Positions 39,743-54,491 of a stretch of 64,000 nt of DNA are shown piece by piece. This DNA is from Octopus vulgaris. Lineage: Eukaryota. Every line of letters starts with the position of its first letter. Positions within the stretch are counted from its first letter, which is position 1. Location: positions 74,648,001 to 74,712,000 of the forward strand of contig OX597825.1 of assembly GCA_951406725.2 (NCBI GenBank). Reading direction: 5' to 3'. The translations under genes and the position numbers were made by a program. A model generated the notes under the pieces. The model saw only the letters and a program-made list of their open reading frames with translations. It was not told the origin of the DNA and did no database searches.

Positions 39743-40651
39743 TATATATATTAATAAGTAAGGGTACTAACAGGTTGTACCGTCATGCTAACATAACAGT
39801 CAAAATGACCAAACCACGAGTTTGTATACATGTATATATGCATGTATGTATCTATGTGTGTGTGTGTCTGACTTTGCATATAGGTATCTGACTGATACAT
39901 ACATATATAGACGCAACGAAAATTTCAGGAAAATAAAAATAAGAAATAAGTGGAAATTTTACCGGTGAGTGTGTTACATTATAAGGCACAAAAAGAAAAT
40001 GGTTCTCCCCAGACACAACAGTATGTATATATGTGTCTGTGTGTGTGTGTGTACATTATATATATATATATGTACATTATATGTGTGTGTATGTGTGTGT
40101 ACGTGTGCGTATGTGAAGAAGTATTTATGTATGAATCCGTTTGAGTGTCTGTGTGTACGTATGAGTATACAGGAATGTGTTTGTATGTGCGTGTGTGTAC
40201 ACACAGTGAGACCAATCTAAATATCTTTTTCTCACAGATAGACAGAGACAGAGGGAGAGAGAGAAAGATATATATATATAGAGAGAGAGACAGACAGACA
40301 GACAGACAAATAGAGAGAGAGAGAGAGAGTGAGAGAGAGATTTTATTCAGACATACATGCTTGCATATATTGCTGAAAGCGTATTCACGCACGTACGCAT
40401 TGCGTGTTACGCAAAACGAATCTGTACGTACGTAGCTCTCTACGCATTGAGTTCCCTGTCCTCATCAGAGTGCATTTATCTTAAAACTCGGTCTGACAAC
40501 GCAAACTAAGTTCATTGATTTTTAGGTTTTGTTTTGGCAGTTTATAACATTGGAAGACGTTGTAGGAATCTAACTCGACATGTCTTTGTTTAGAAATTAA
40601 TGTATGCTTATATTGTAGAATGTTTTTCTGTTTTTCTGGACAGAAGTATGT

Positions 40652-40755
<104 letters not shown>

Positions 40756-41171
40756 CTAAGTACGTTTGTATGTACGAATAGATGTATGTTGAAAAGCTGT
40801 GTAGGCATACAACTCCAGATGTCTATATCTCAAAATGTATGTTCGCAAATGTGAATGTTTTTCCGGTTTATATGTATGTTTATATACACATATAAATATA
40901 TATATATATGCACTCAAATACATACACGTACATAATTATATATTATGTATGTATGTACGCATAATGTATAGAAATATGTATTTATGTGTGAGCGCTTTTA
41001 TGTCATATTTGTACATACAAGTAGGTGTATGTATGTAGATAGATATAGATATATTTTACATCGATATATATATAGACGTATGCATATATATATATGTACA
41101 CACAGTTACATGATAATATATATATATATATATATACGTATATATATATGTATGTATATGTGTATATATAT

Positions 41172-41230
<59 letters not shown>

Positions 41231-41299
41231 AATATTAGGGAATAAATCCAAATTTACAGGGAAAAATCAGATTCAGGATTGAATCCAATTTTATAGTAA

Positions 41300-41362
<63 letters not shown>

Positions 41363-41654
41363 ATATGTATGAATGTATGTATGTATGTGCGTACGTACGT
41401 ATGTATGTATGCTATGTATGTATGTATTTATGTTATGTATGTATGTATGTATGTATGTATGTATGTATGTATGTATGTATGTATGTATGTATGTATTATG
41501 TAATGCATGTGTGTATCTATTTGCCTGCATAGCATTGTGATTAGAAACTTCACTTCCCAATTACGACATCCAGGGCTTGGTGCCACTGCCTGAGACCTTG
41601 CGAAAGGGTCTTTTACAATAGCTATGGATCGACACAAGCTTTAAGAAAATAGAT

Positions 41655-41823
41655 AAATGGGCGCAAATGTAGGAAGCTTGCTCCCCAATCATGTGATCTT
41701 ATAGTCAAGTCTCTCTGCGCACCACCAGGGGCAAGTTTCTTTCTTATAGTGCCTGGCCGACTAAAGCCTTATGACTGGACTTGCTAGACTGAAACAGAAA
41801 GAATCCTTTCGTATATTATATAC

Positions 41824-41856
<33 letters not shown>

Positions 41857-42135
41857 TGTATGTATGTATGTACGTATGTATGTATTATTTATAAGTATGT
41901 GTGTATTTATGCATGTATGTATCTGTGTGTGTGTCTTTGTCTTCGTGTTTGTCCCGAACCACCAATCGACAACCGGTGTTCGATTGTTTGCGTAGCGGTT
42001 CGGGAGAAAGACTCGACAGAATAAGTACCGAGTTTGCTTAAAATGTGTACTGGGGTTCACTTGATGGACTAACACCCTTCAAGGCGGTGCTCCAGCATGA
42101 CCGGCATCCGAACATTGAAACACGTAAAAGATGAA
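41655..42135 (+). mobile_element. SINE type A, diverged (older A head at about 41520-41640)
   Basis: GGCCGACTAAAGCCTT..GATAGAATAAGTAC-like..GGCGGTGCTCCAGCATG. Confidence 0.8.
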
Positions 42136-42584
42136 ATATAAAAAGGGAACAGTAAAACACCCGTCGGATTGATTGTAAACCTAAAGATAGAAAAGGGTCA
42201 CCCTTGGTACACAGTGCTCAGGCTGCTTCTGCCTGAAGAATATCTTGAGGGTAGAAGTACAATAGAATTCTAAGCCTACTAAAGCTGTTATCCAATGAAT
42301 TGACAACTTGTTTGGCTGAACATTTACAATGCGTAACGTGGAAACCGACGGAGAACCATTAATGTATTTTTATATTATTTCATATAAGCATGTTGATGTA
42401 GAAAACGTATTTATTGATGTCAATTGTATGAATGTAAAATTGCGAATAAATATGTACCGCAAACATACGAATAAATAAAAGGAAAATGTCACTTTTTCCC
42501 TGCCAAATATAATCACAACTGATGCTGGTAGAACTCTGAAGGCAAATATATGAATATATACGATAATATACATACATACATACA

Positions 42585-42616
<32 letters not shown>

Positions 42617-42621
42617 CATAC

Positions 42622-42711
<90 letters not shown>

Positions 42712-42734
42712 GCATGTATGTATGTATATATATG

Positions 42735-42766
<32 letters not shown>

Positions 42767-43006
42767 CATATATTTATATGACTGTATGTATATATATACT
42801 TACATACATGTGTGCGTGCACTTATTGAATTATGTATAAATACATATACATACAGAATTTTCTGTATTCATAAATATATATAAACACATACATATATATT
42901 CATATATAAACATATATTGTTAATGTATGTGTTCATATGCTATATGTATATATGTGTGTGTGTGTATGTATGTTTGTGTTTATATATATATATGTATATA
43001 TATATG

Positions 43007-43042
<36 letters not shown>

Positions 43043-43649
43043 TATATGGAATGTATATAAGCATATGCATGTGTATGTATGTGTGTGTATATGAGATAAA
43101 ACAGAGAATATGAGATTGATTGATAAAATATATATTGCAACCAAGGAGTCACCGAAGCGGAACACCAAGAAAATGATTTTCTGTTGTAATTTCATAGAAA
43201 GTTTCAGTTTCTTTAGTGATGGAATGTTTTCAGTAAACATCGACGTATAGAAGGAAAGAGCCTTTAAAATGATTTTTTTTTTATTCTAGTAAATGAAAGG
43301 AGTCCTCGATTCATACTGAACCAAAGTCATGTAGTAAAATAACAAACGCAAACATTGGAAAACCGTATTGGAAAAGCTAAAAACAAATGCTTAGGATATA
43401 TGTGCGTATAAAGAGAGAAATGCACGCAAATAGACTGACGCATGTGGTTATCTGTGCACGTACGTGATGATACTGATGTACCTCGTGGGACACGTATTGT
43501 TTATTTTGCATACATATCCCCAGGTTTGAAATTATAGACGTGTACTTGTGATCTGAAGTCATATACATACATACATATATTACATACATTACATAAATAC
43601 ATTACATCCATACATACATGTACATATATATGTATACATATGTACGTAG

Positions 43650-43713
<64 letters not shown>

Positions 43714-43952
43714 CTTTTTCAGGTGGTGCTATTGAGTTTGTCATGTCCTGAGCCGATAATAGCCGAAACTAATCTAAGTTATCTAAGTTATATATAACTA
43801 CCGAACTACCCTCTGTCGATCTACGAACCTTTCTACTAGCTAACAATATATTTTCATTATATCTATCTATCTATCTCTCTATCTATCTATATATATATAC
43901 TCCCTTTTCTCTTTTACTCTCTTTTACTTGTTTCAGTCATATGACTGTGGCC

Positions 43953-43983
<31 letters not shown>

Positions 43984-44429
43984 GGTCTATTTTGGAAATT
44001 TCCATTCTCCCGATATCCTTTCTTTTGTCATTTTCTTTGTCTACAGGATACGCTCGTGTAACCGAAGGGGCGTAATTACTTTATATGAATATCATTATAT
44101 AACTTTCTGTTCCACTCTTGTTCTCAAAATGCTATAAGCATTTATATTCCAGATTCTCATACAACAGGAGAAGGATACAAAACGGGGAGTAGGTGTCCCA
44201 GCCAAGTGTATCACACAACGCTGTCATAAGTTTTTGAACCACTTGTAGTCATTTAAGATCTTATCTACTGGAAGGTTTTTTTCTTTTTATGTGCTTACAC
44301 ACACACAAATACGTACGTAGATTCACACATACAGGAATGCAGACCACGTGTACACACACAAACACACACAAATACATGTGGCTAGATAGATGGATGGATG
44401 GATGGATAGATAGATAGATAGATAGGTAT

Positions 44430-44506
<77 letters not shown>

Positions 44507-44566
44507 CAAATAAGTAGACAAACAGCATGTGCGTGCGCGTGCACGTGTGTGTATGCATGTATGTAT

Positions 44567-44600
<34 letters not shown>

Positions 44601-45244
44601 TGTATGTATGTACTATGTATTATGTATATATATTTATACACATATTTAACCTAAAGCCTAAACGAGACGAGCTTTTGTTAGCGGCCTGCGAATCTTTAAG
44701 TCGCATGGAACCGAATCAAACTATTTTAAATAATATATATGTGTGTGTATACACATCCACACACTCGAGCGCGCATGTGCACACACACACACACACACAA
44801 ATATTATTGATATTGAGTAATTGGTAAATCTTGCTGATCCGTGACTAAACAGCATAGATAACGTGATAAACATGTCACTGGTAACATATTGGAAATACGA
44901 ATGTAGATAAAATATATATCCCAAATACATGTGGGGATGAGTAGCAAAATAATTAAATACTACGGAGTGAAGATATATATGAGGGCGATTTACAGATTAT
45001 GAGATGACTTATTTCGCCATGTTACATATATCGAATTATTACGATGTCTGAATATCCAGCTTTCAGTTTCTCAGTTTATTCACTTATATCGATTCGTTCT
45101 AATGCTTGACTAGTAATTACACGAGGTAGCGAGGAATTCGACAATATCGTCTCTCAATACGCTAGAAATGACATCCAACTGTTATACACTTAAAATGACA
45201 TTAACAAAAAAGATATAGTCCATGATACGCTACGTAAAAGAGAT

Positions 45245-45560
45245 TATCATCATCATTGTTCGACCGTGGTCGAGACAATGGAACTTACTATGTTACGCCA
45301 GACTTCACGGTCCATCATAGCATCACAGAGGTCTTGTTGCTGGATGCCCGTATCCCTGGAGATTACATCAGAGTAGGAGAGTGTGCGCCCCCTGGTATCG
45401 CGAGCAGATGGCTTCCAGAGGAGAAGAGGAGAAATTAGCTCGTTTTCAGCTCTACAACAATGTCCAGCAAACTGGACTCTTCTACCTTTCACAAGGTGGT
45501 AACTTCCCATATATTTGTACTTTGGTTGGATGACGCTTCCACGAGATATTTTGAACTCTC
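45245..45560 (-). pseudogene. RTE-group LINE 3' end fragment
   Basis: RRVQFAGHC.R..NELIS.LLLWKP..GR...Y.D.ISRDTG....L..AM.DR.VWR, stop codon, then (TGA)n tail. Confidence 0.85.
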
Positions 45561-46087
45561 ATAGTGAAAGCTGGAACGCTGTTGAGCCCAGCTCGGCTTT
45601 AACTTACTAATGTGAAACTAAACCCGAATGGCAATAATTGTTATTATTTTACACAACTCGGATGGAAGAAAGATTGAGGTCGATCTCGGTGGTAATTGAA
45701 CTTGGAACGGATAGGAACAAGTATATGCTGAAAGCTATGCCTAGGTACATACTTGCTTACATTTTGATAAGTAGTCTTCCACTGCTTACACTCGGCATGT
45801 TAGGAAGAAAAGCTCAGTGAATCCTGATGATTTGCTAAATAACTATGAAACTGGTTAAAGAAAAGCCTTTTGTGGTGTGTAGTTTTACGTGACTAAATGC
45901 AAAAAGTATTCTTCTGTACATTTATTCATAATGCAAGCCCTGTTGGTAGCCTAGTAATAAACACTGCAAGGAATTTTGTTAACCTGTACCGATGCCATTT
46001 TATTACAAATTGAATTTTGCCACAAGAAACCATCAGTGGCTTCTTTTGATTCATGTCTTCTGTATGTACCACAAAGTCGTACACTTG

Positions 46088-46103
46088 TAGATAGATAGAT
46101 AGG

Positions 46104-46168
<65 letters not shown>

Positions 46169-46203
46169 GGATAGATATATAGATAGATAGATAGATAAAT
46201 AGT

Positions 46204-46273
<70 letters not shown>

Positions 46274-46335
46274 TATAGATAGATAGATAGATAGATAGAT
46301 GGATAGATAGATGGATAGATAGGTAGGTAGATAGG
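46088..46335. repeat. (GATA)n microsatellite
   Basis: Direct reading (another at 44383-44507). Confidence 0.95.
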
Positions 46336-46439
46336 TGATTGTGTGACTACATACTTCCTTCCATCCCTGCGAATATCTATTTGTTTGTGTATTTATCTGT
46401 GCCTAAATGAATTGCCATCCAGTACACACATTCATTTAA

Positions 46440-46490
<51 letters not shown>

Positions 46491-46624
46491 CCCCTCTCTC
46501 TCTCCCCTCCATCCACCCTATACATACAAATAAATAAATATATGGTCTTCAGTTCTACAGCCTAACATCATCTCCTACACTCTACATTATGTCTGATCTC
46601 TGTCACAATGTCACGGGCTCATTA

Positions 46625-46880
46625 GGACCAAGCTTATCCCAGTTTCCAGGATATAAGCGACCAAAAGTATTATAACACCGCCACCACCCCTAATCGGTTT
46701 ATCGATCCGGCACATGGTTAATCTCCAGCTATTGATGGGGACCGTTATTGGCTGAGTGGAAAGGAGCAACGTGAAATAAAATATGCTCAAGAACGCAATT
46801 CACCGCTCAGTATGAGAAACGAAACCCTGACTGTACGATCGTGAGTCCAACAGCCTTAATCACTAGACCACACACGCTCA
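46625..46880 (-). mobile_element. Degenerate SINE type C
   Basis: GCTGAGTGGAAAGGAGCAACGTGAAATAAA..CGATCGTGAGTCCAAC..CCTTAATCACTAG. Confidence 0.65.
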
Positions 46881-47560
46881 TATACTACACATTATTAACA
46901 TAGATTAATTTTGCGCAACAATCTGAGACCTTGTCTCAACTCCCTTTCCACAATTCCCTTCATTCTGTCCAAATCAAATTCACATACAACCACCAGACCT
47001 CAACCCAAGAGTTACACTTAATTCTTTTTCTGGCCTCTCACTATTACGGCCAAGAATCTAATTTATGTCTTTCTTTGTTTTATTGACTCGGATTAAAAAA
47101 ATCTATCTTATTTTTTCGAATGGTCAATACAAATTGTTCATTTATAAATATTTGATGCAAAACCATTAGGCCACTTATTTGCACCTGGGTATTCCTGCGT
47201 TAATACAGACACAGAAATATTAACTACAATGAAAACAAACCTGCCAACCTACAAAAATATCCTCAGCATCATAACATATCACACACACACACGCTCACAC
47301 ACACACAAACACACACACTTCACAAACCTTGGTGTCAAAGTATGTTGTGTCCAAAGACAAGAAGAAAGATATTTGGAAAATGTACATAGGAGTGGCTGTG
47401 TGGTAAGTAGCTTACTTACGAACCACATGGTTCCGGATTCAGTCCCACTGCGTGGTACCTTAGGTAAGTGTCTTCTACTATAGCCTGGGACCGACCAAAG
47501 CCTTGTGAGTGGATTTGGTGGACGGAAACTGAAAGAAGCCCGTCGTATATATATATATAT

Positions 47561-47780
47561 ACATAGTTAATCCAAACATGAAAACACAAAGAGAAAACAC
47601 AACAACGTGAGAACGTGGAACAAGTATAGTGTTATTGGACGCCCAGGAAAGGAAAGAAAGAAAGGAGGATTTAACGTTTCGAGCAGAGCTCTTCGTCAGA
47701 AACATAGGAAAAGGAAATATCCAAGGAAGGGTAGACGGAGGAAAAAAAATCGCCAACGATACGCACGTGGTCACATTTTG

Positions 47781-47782
<2 letters not shown>
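47561..47782 (-). mobile_element. Non-coding PLE-type insert of about 220 bp
   Basis: Absent from the other SINE A copies; flanked by (TA)n; contains an intact hammerhead motif. Confidence 0.75.
47669..47703 (-). ncRNA. Minimal type I hammerhead ribozyme, consensus core
   Basis: gttt-CTGACGA-A-GAGC-tct-GCTC-GAAA-CG-TT-aaat; palindromic ACGT stem III. Confidence 0.8.
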
Positions 47783-47850
<68 letters not shown>

Positions 47851-48151
47851 GTATATGTTTGTGTGTCCGTGTTTGTACCACCAACATCGCTTGACAACCG
47901 ATGCTGGTGTGTTTTCGTCCCCGTAACTTAGCGGTTCGCCAAAAAGTGACCGATAGAATAGGTATTAGTCTTACAAAGAATAAGTCCTGGGGTCGATGAT
48001 TTGCTCGACTAAAGGCGGTGCTCCAGCATGGCCGCACTCAAATGATTGAAACAAGTAAAAGAGTAAAAGAGGGTACATTGGATAACACCTGTTATGTAAC
48101 TTAGCCATGTCACCTTTACCTATCTCACTCCTCCCGATCACATATGATACC

Positions 48152-48384
48152 TATTTTTTTATTACCCACAATGGGCTAAACAGAGAGAAGACGAACAAGG
48201 ACAGACAAACGGATTAAGTCGATTATATCGACCCCAGTGCGTAACTGGTACTTAATTTATCGACCCCGGAAGGATGAAAAGCAAAGTCGACCCCGGCAGA
48301 ATTTGAACTCAGGACGTAACGGCAGACGAAATACGGCTACGCATTTCGCCCGGCGTGCTAACGTTTCTGCCAGCTCGCCGCCTT
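48152..48384 (-). mobile_element. SINE type D, full length
   Basis: 18-bp TSD CCGATCACRTATGATACC at 48134-48151 and 48385-48402. Confidence 0.93.
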
Positions 48385-48861
48385 CCGATCACGTATGATA
48401 CCACACATACAGGTGGACACATACTTGTGGATACAGCCTATGTTTATTGCTGTTAATTTTCACTTTTCTTATGTAACGTCAAGTCTTTTTTTATTCTTCG
48501 TTTCATCCTCCCATTCTTCTATTATACAGTTTTTTTCACAATTCTTCATTCTTCGTATATTAACTATTTACTTTCTATTTCTTATCTCTCATCCATTTAT
48601 TTATATGTCACAGTCTCCTTTGAGATTCAGCGTAATGCGAAAGGAAAATAACACGTTTTTTCCATCTAAAAGTTATACGCACAAAATGGCTTTATCTACT
48701 TCAAAACATTCTTCGATAAATGTTGATAGGATTAAAGAAAGCGACTTAGTCGTTTGCTCTGGGATAAGAAGTTAATTATAACCACAAAAAATCTATAGGT
48801 TGTATTACTTTAAATACATATACATTACCCTGCACATCTGTGAATCAAACCTTATGTATTA

Positions 48862-50167
48862 CATGTATGTATGTGTGTATGTATGTATGTATGTATGTAT
48901 GCATGTATGTATGTATGTATGTTTGTATGTTATGTATGTATGCATGTATGCATGTATGTATGTTTGTATGTATGTATGTTTGTATGTATGTATGTATGTA
49001 TGCATGCATGTATGTATGTATGCATGTATGCATGCATGTATGTATGTATGTATGTATGTATGTATGCATGTATGCATGTATGTATGTATGTATGTATGCA
49101 TGCATGTATGTATGTATGTATGTATGTATGTATGTATGTATGTATGTATGTATGTATGTATGTATGTTTGTTTGTATGTATGTATGTATTATGTATGTAT
49201 GTATGTATGCATGTATGTATGTATGTATGTATGTATGTATGTTTGTATGTTATGTATGTATGCATGTATGTATGTATGTATGTTTGTATGTTATGTATGT
49301 ATGCATGCATGCATGTATGTATGTTTGTATGTATGTATGCATGTATGCATGTATGTATGTTTGTATGTATGTATGTTTGTATGTATGTATGTATGTATGC
49401 ATGCATGCATGTATGTATGTTTGTATGTATGTATGCATGTATGCATGTATGTATGTTTGTATGTATGTATGTTTGTATGTATGTATGTATGTGTGCATGT
49501 ATGCATTATGTATGCATGTATGTATGTATGTATGTATGTTTGTATGTTTGTATGTATGTATGTATGTATGTATTATGTATGTATGTATGTATGCATGTAT
49601 GTATGTATGTTTGTATGTATGTATGTATGCATGTATGCATGTTTGTATGTATGCATGTATGTATGCATGCATGTATGTATGTATGCATGTATGTATGCAT
49701 GTATGTATGCATGTATGTTTGTATGTATGTATGCATGTATGCATTATGTATGTATTCATGTATGTATGTATGTATGTATGTATGCATGCATGTATGTATG
49801 CATGTATGCATGTATGCATGTATGCATGTATGTATGTATGTATGTATGTATGCATGCATGCATGTATGTATGTATGTATGTATGCATGCATGCATGTATG
49901 TATGTATGTATGTATGCATGCATGCATGTATGCATGTATGTATGTATGTATGCATGCATGCATGTATGTATGTATGTATGCATGCATGCATGTATGTATG
50001 TATGTATGCATGCATGCATGTATGCATGCATGTATGTATGTATGTATGCATGCATGCATGTATGTATGTATGTATGTATGCATGCATGTATGCATGTATG
50101 TATGCATGTATGTATGTTTGTATGTATGCATGTATGCATGTATGTATGTATGTATGTATGTATGTAT
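48862..50167. repeat. 1.3-kb degenerate (TATG)n array with CATG and TTTG variants
   Basis: Direct reading; explains the 432-463 aa ORFs in all three plus frames. Confidence 0.97.
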
Positions 50168-50802
50168 AGCGTTTATGATATTTATGTATGAATACAGGTG
50201 CTGATAAAGGTAAGAAAAAATTAAAGGTAGACTGACATAATACAGAGAATTACTACAGAAGCGTAACTAAGTATCTGCTGCTATCTCTCAGGATCGGTAT
50301 GATTAGCTGGTTCGTGCCATGCTTTTGCTAATTCATTTAGACGTACATATAGTCACGAGCAGACTTATACGCGCTCTTGCTCTCGCACACACGCTTCTCA
50401 CTTCACCCAACGGATTATCCAGAATAAGACAGCAAAAGAAGGAGGGAACTGCATCAGTATTCATCTGGTACTTTTGTTAAAGATCCCGAAAGAACAAAAT
50501 GCAACGTTGATGTTGACGGGATTTGAACACAGCGAGCCAGAATTGATATTGCGACGACTTTGTCAGTTAATCTCCTTACGAAAAGCGTTACTTTTGAATT
50601 AAAATACACTTACTGATGCAAATATTTGACTATTAAGATTTTATTCTGCATCACTTGCATGCTTTCTGAGCTGGCTAATAAAGCGAACATCGTCTTTCTA
50701 CGTGGATCATGCGTGGACACAAGGAAGAAACATAAACGCCTTGTATAACAACAAATATGGCTTTAAAATCTGTCAGGTGCGTAGTGTCCTATTATATTAT
50801 TT

Positions 50803-51248
50803 GGGTCTTTTCGGTTTGAACGGCAGTTTTTTCTAACGGTGTCATATGAAATTGTCACCCATAATTATGACCCTAGAATCGATATATTGCATTTCAATCT
50901 CTTTTAGGGTTAGGGGTGGGGGAAGGGTATCTTTTTTTCTTCACAAATGTAAATAAACCTAATCTGTTTCTTAAATGAGGGACATATTCATACTTTTTCT
51001 TTATTTTTATTTGAGGGACATATTCATACGGCACAGAATGCTTTTTAACTCAAAAGACGTCAGTGATTGGTTGAAACTGCAGAAATTGGAGAAAAAAAAC
51101 AACAAATATCTTACAAACTATAGAATTTTTTCAATAAAGCCAAGAGAAAAAGATGTTTTATAAACACATTCTACCAGTATACGAAGTTTAAAATTTTTTA
51201 GTTACCTAGAAATTATGTTAAAAGCTGCCGTTCAAACCGAAAAGATCC
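50803..51248. mobile_element. MITE, 446 bp, 29-bp TIRs, 8-bp TSD (Merlin-like, inferred)
   Basis: TIR GGRTCTTTTCGGTTTGAACGGCAGYTTTT at both ends; TSD TATTATTT at 50795-50802 and 51249-51256. Confidence 0.9.
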
Positions 51249-51265
51249 TATTATTTAAAACCGTT

Positions 51266-51708
51266 GAAGACGACGAGCTGGCAAAATAGTTAGCATGTTG
51301 GATAATATGCTGAGCATTTTTTCTTCCAGTTCTTTGCTTTCTGGGTTCAAATTCCTACTTTTCCTTTCATTCCCTTTTGGAAATGTTGATCAATCAAGTA
51401 ACAGGTGAGCACAGGGGTCGATGTGATTGATTAATCCCTTGCTCTCAAAATTGCTGGCATTAGAGCTCTGAAAAAAACGTTCCATTATTCGTTCTGGTTT
51501 GTCCCCTCTGTGTTTAGCCCCTTGTAGGTAGTAAACAAATAGGTATTTCGTCTGTCTTTAAGTACTGAATTCACATTCCGCCGAGGTTGGTTTTGCGTTT
51601 TATCCATTCGGAGTCGATAAATTAAGTACCAATTGCGTACTGGGGTGGATCTAATCGACTGGCCCCCTCCAAAAATTTTAGGCTTTGTGCCTAGAGTAGA
51701 AAAAAAAC
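51266..51708 (+). mobile_element. Cluster of SINE type D pieces (old monomer, then a tail-to-body dimer)
   Basis: D head at 51266; tail GTCCCCTCTGTGTTTAGCCCC joined to GGTATTTCGTCTG body and a second tail. Confidence 0.8.
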
Positions 51709-51712
51709 GATT

Positions 51713-51780
<68 letters not shown>

Positions 51781-51907
51781 ACTCACTCACTCTTTCTTCG
51801 TCTCTCGCCCGCTCTCTCTATGTCTCTATCTCTCTCTCCTTCAGTATATCTAGCTAGCTATCTTTCTCTCTAAGCCGAAGTTGTTTTAGCATAATTAATA
51901 TATATTA

Positions 51908-52111
51908 GTTTCTATTTTTGGCACAAGGCCAGCAATTTAGGGGTGGGGGCGTAAATCGATTACATCGACCGCAATGCTCAACAGGTATTTATTCTATTCT
52001 ATGAAAGACAAAGTCTATCCCGGCTGAATTTGGACTCAGAACGTAAAGACGGACGAAATGCCGCTAAGCATTTCGCCCGGCGCGTTAACAATTCTGCCAG
52101 CTCGCCGCTTT
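51908..52111 (-). mobile_element. SINE type D
   Basis: 17-bp TSD ATAATTAAWATATATTA at 51891-51907 and 52112-52128. Confidence 0.88.
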
Positions 52112-52650
52112 ATAATTAAAATATATTACAAGTTCCACGATGAGAAGTTTCTATTCTCCTGCATTCATAAACATTTATAACAACTTCCTGACTGACACTC
52201 TTAATATATACTCACCATTTTAATATCAAGCATTTATTATTACAGAAGACATTATACGGAGATGATATCGATTGCAGAAATGATATATGATTGGCAATAT
52301 TGATTCAAGTAGCCAACTCCTCTGGTTAATATTGATTTTACAACCGATAATTCCAGACTCGTATGTGATTCAGCCTATATAAACTTTTACCTTTGTTTTA
52401 GGGGGTTTTTTTGTATTGTTTTTCTTTCCCCCTTTCGGTATTGATCTAAAAAAAAAGAAGAAAAAAACTCAACTATTTTACATGATAGGCAAATAAATAG
52501 GAAACTATACCTGGAATTTTAAGCAATCTATTGTAAGTACATACGCGCGCATGCACGCACGCACACGCACACGTGCGCGCATACACACACGTGCGCGCAT
52601 ACACACACACGCACACACATATACACATATATACATATACATACGCTTTG

Positions 52651-52745
<95 letters not shown>

Positions 52746-52795
52746 TATATATATATGTGAATGGAATGGTGGATGCATGTATGCATGCATATATA

Positions 52796-52834
<39 letters not shown>

Positions 52835-52972
52835 GTATATGAACATATATTTATATATGTATTTATATATCCATATATGTATTTATATGCATATATACAT
52901 TTATATTTGTGTATATATATACATACATATATACATATATATTTATATATATATATATATATATATACATTT

Positions 52973-53003
<31 letters not shown>

Positions 53004-54315
53004 CATTTACATATATTTACGTGTTTGTATGTGTGTATGTGTGTGTGAGTGTGTGCGTGTGACTGTGTGATTTGTAATACTAAACAAATTTAAAGAATAA
53101 AATTAAAAAAAGAAAATATATACAATCAGAAGCATGGCATAACTTTGCAAATTATATACCTGGTAAATATATCCTTCAAATGGACGCTACCTATATATTT
53201 AACTACGTGAAACCGGAACCATCTTTATCACGCATGGTTGTTTTTTTTTGTGTTTTTTTTATTCTCCTTTCGAAACATAAGCGCACTTTAGTATAAAGGA
53301 TTATCAATTACAAATCAAGCCTTTCGGAATGGCCAAGTTATCATTTACACCACTCAACAAATGAATGGAGATCTAGTTACTGGATTATTGATTCGTAGTG
53401 ATTTTTTTAAAATTTACTAAATAAATCATGTTGAATGCTTATACCTAATTTTGAACTTCATCGTAAGCTTTGAAATATATCCAATACAATCATGGCTACG
53501 CACTCGGAAAAGAAGTACATTTCCTCTCTTGAATACTAGAATTATTCTACGAAGTACAAGTGGCCTCACATAATTCTTTGATAACCCTTGTTTGTTACGT
53601 CACAAAATTTTTTATTGCGTCACAAGAATATCTTTTTTTTTTTCAGAACAGTTCAACTTAATCACTATCAATAAGCGCTTATTGTAAACGAAATTGAGTG
53701 TAGCAAGGAAATCGACTAAGGGACTAGTAAATCCCTTTCCCATTTGTAGAATCTGTTGATGAAGATTTATACACTGAGGAATATTACCCAAGCGGCTTTG
53801 CTTCCAAACCGACCCCAGGCCACGCATATTTATACATCCTCCTCTGGTGTCTATTATGTTGGTCACAAAAAAGAAAGCAAAAGTAGTCACCTAACTTTAT
53901 CTGGGCAAAGAATGGATAATCCAGTTTTCTATATGGGCTGGGTTCCCTTGGATAGCCTAGTTATGTATTTTTGTTATGCATCAGAGCCAAGCATCCGAAG
54001 TACAGTTTCTTCTGAACTGTAAAATGTTGAGATCGCATGACTGACGAGGCTGGAATTCTAGAATGTGACAGTGCGGACGTAGCACAGTAACTTCATCGAG
54101 TGCCCAGATTGTGTCTAAATAGAGTAATTATTAGGTCAGTATACAAGAGTATTGCTTGATGTTCACAATTTCAACTGGTTTGCTACCCAAACCACAAACC
54201 ATAGTCGATCTAGATAGAACTCGTAGGCAGGAACCCGGTTTCTGGAAGCTGAACGTGCCGTTCCTAGCGCGCAAATCCTAAAAAGACAAAATTAGCGTTT
54301 TAGTTAATCGGCAGT

Positions 54316-54440
54316 TTCCACTGAGGTTGACTTTGCCTTTCATCCTTTAGGGGTCAATTAAATAAGTACCAGTTACGCACTGGGTTGATGTAATCGACTT
54401 AATCTCCTCCCCTAAGCTGCCCTTGTGGGAACATTTTTCA
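54316..54440 (+). mobile_element. SINE type D, 5'-truncated
   Basis: GAGGTTGACTTTGCCTTTCATCCTTT..AAGTACCAGTTACGCACTGG. Confidence 0.8.
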
Positions 54441-54444
54441 ATCA

Positions 54445-54491
<47 letters not shown>

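Larger units (their letters stand above)
47388..48071 (+). mobile_element. SINE type A interrupted by a hammerhead-bearing insert in its internal (TA)n
   Basis: 5' half 47388-47545 and 3' half 47860-48071 match the other A copies. Confidence 0.92.

Noticed and set aside
40435-40472. CTGATGAGGAC word on the minus strand
   Set aside because: No GAAA and no convincing stems; too degraded to call
48800-50204. 432-463 aa ORFs in three frames
   Set aside because: Translations of a stop-free (TATG)n array; no protein-like complexity
50904-50916. Interstitial telomere
   Set aside because: Only two TTAGGG units, lying inside a MITE
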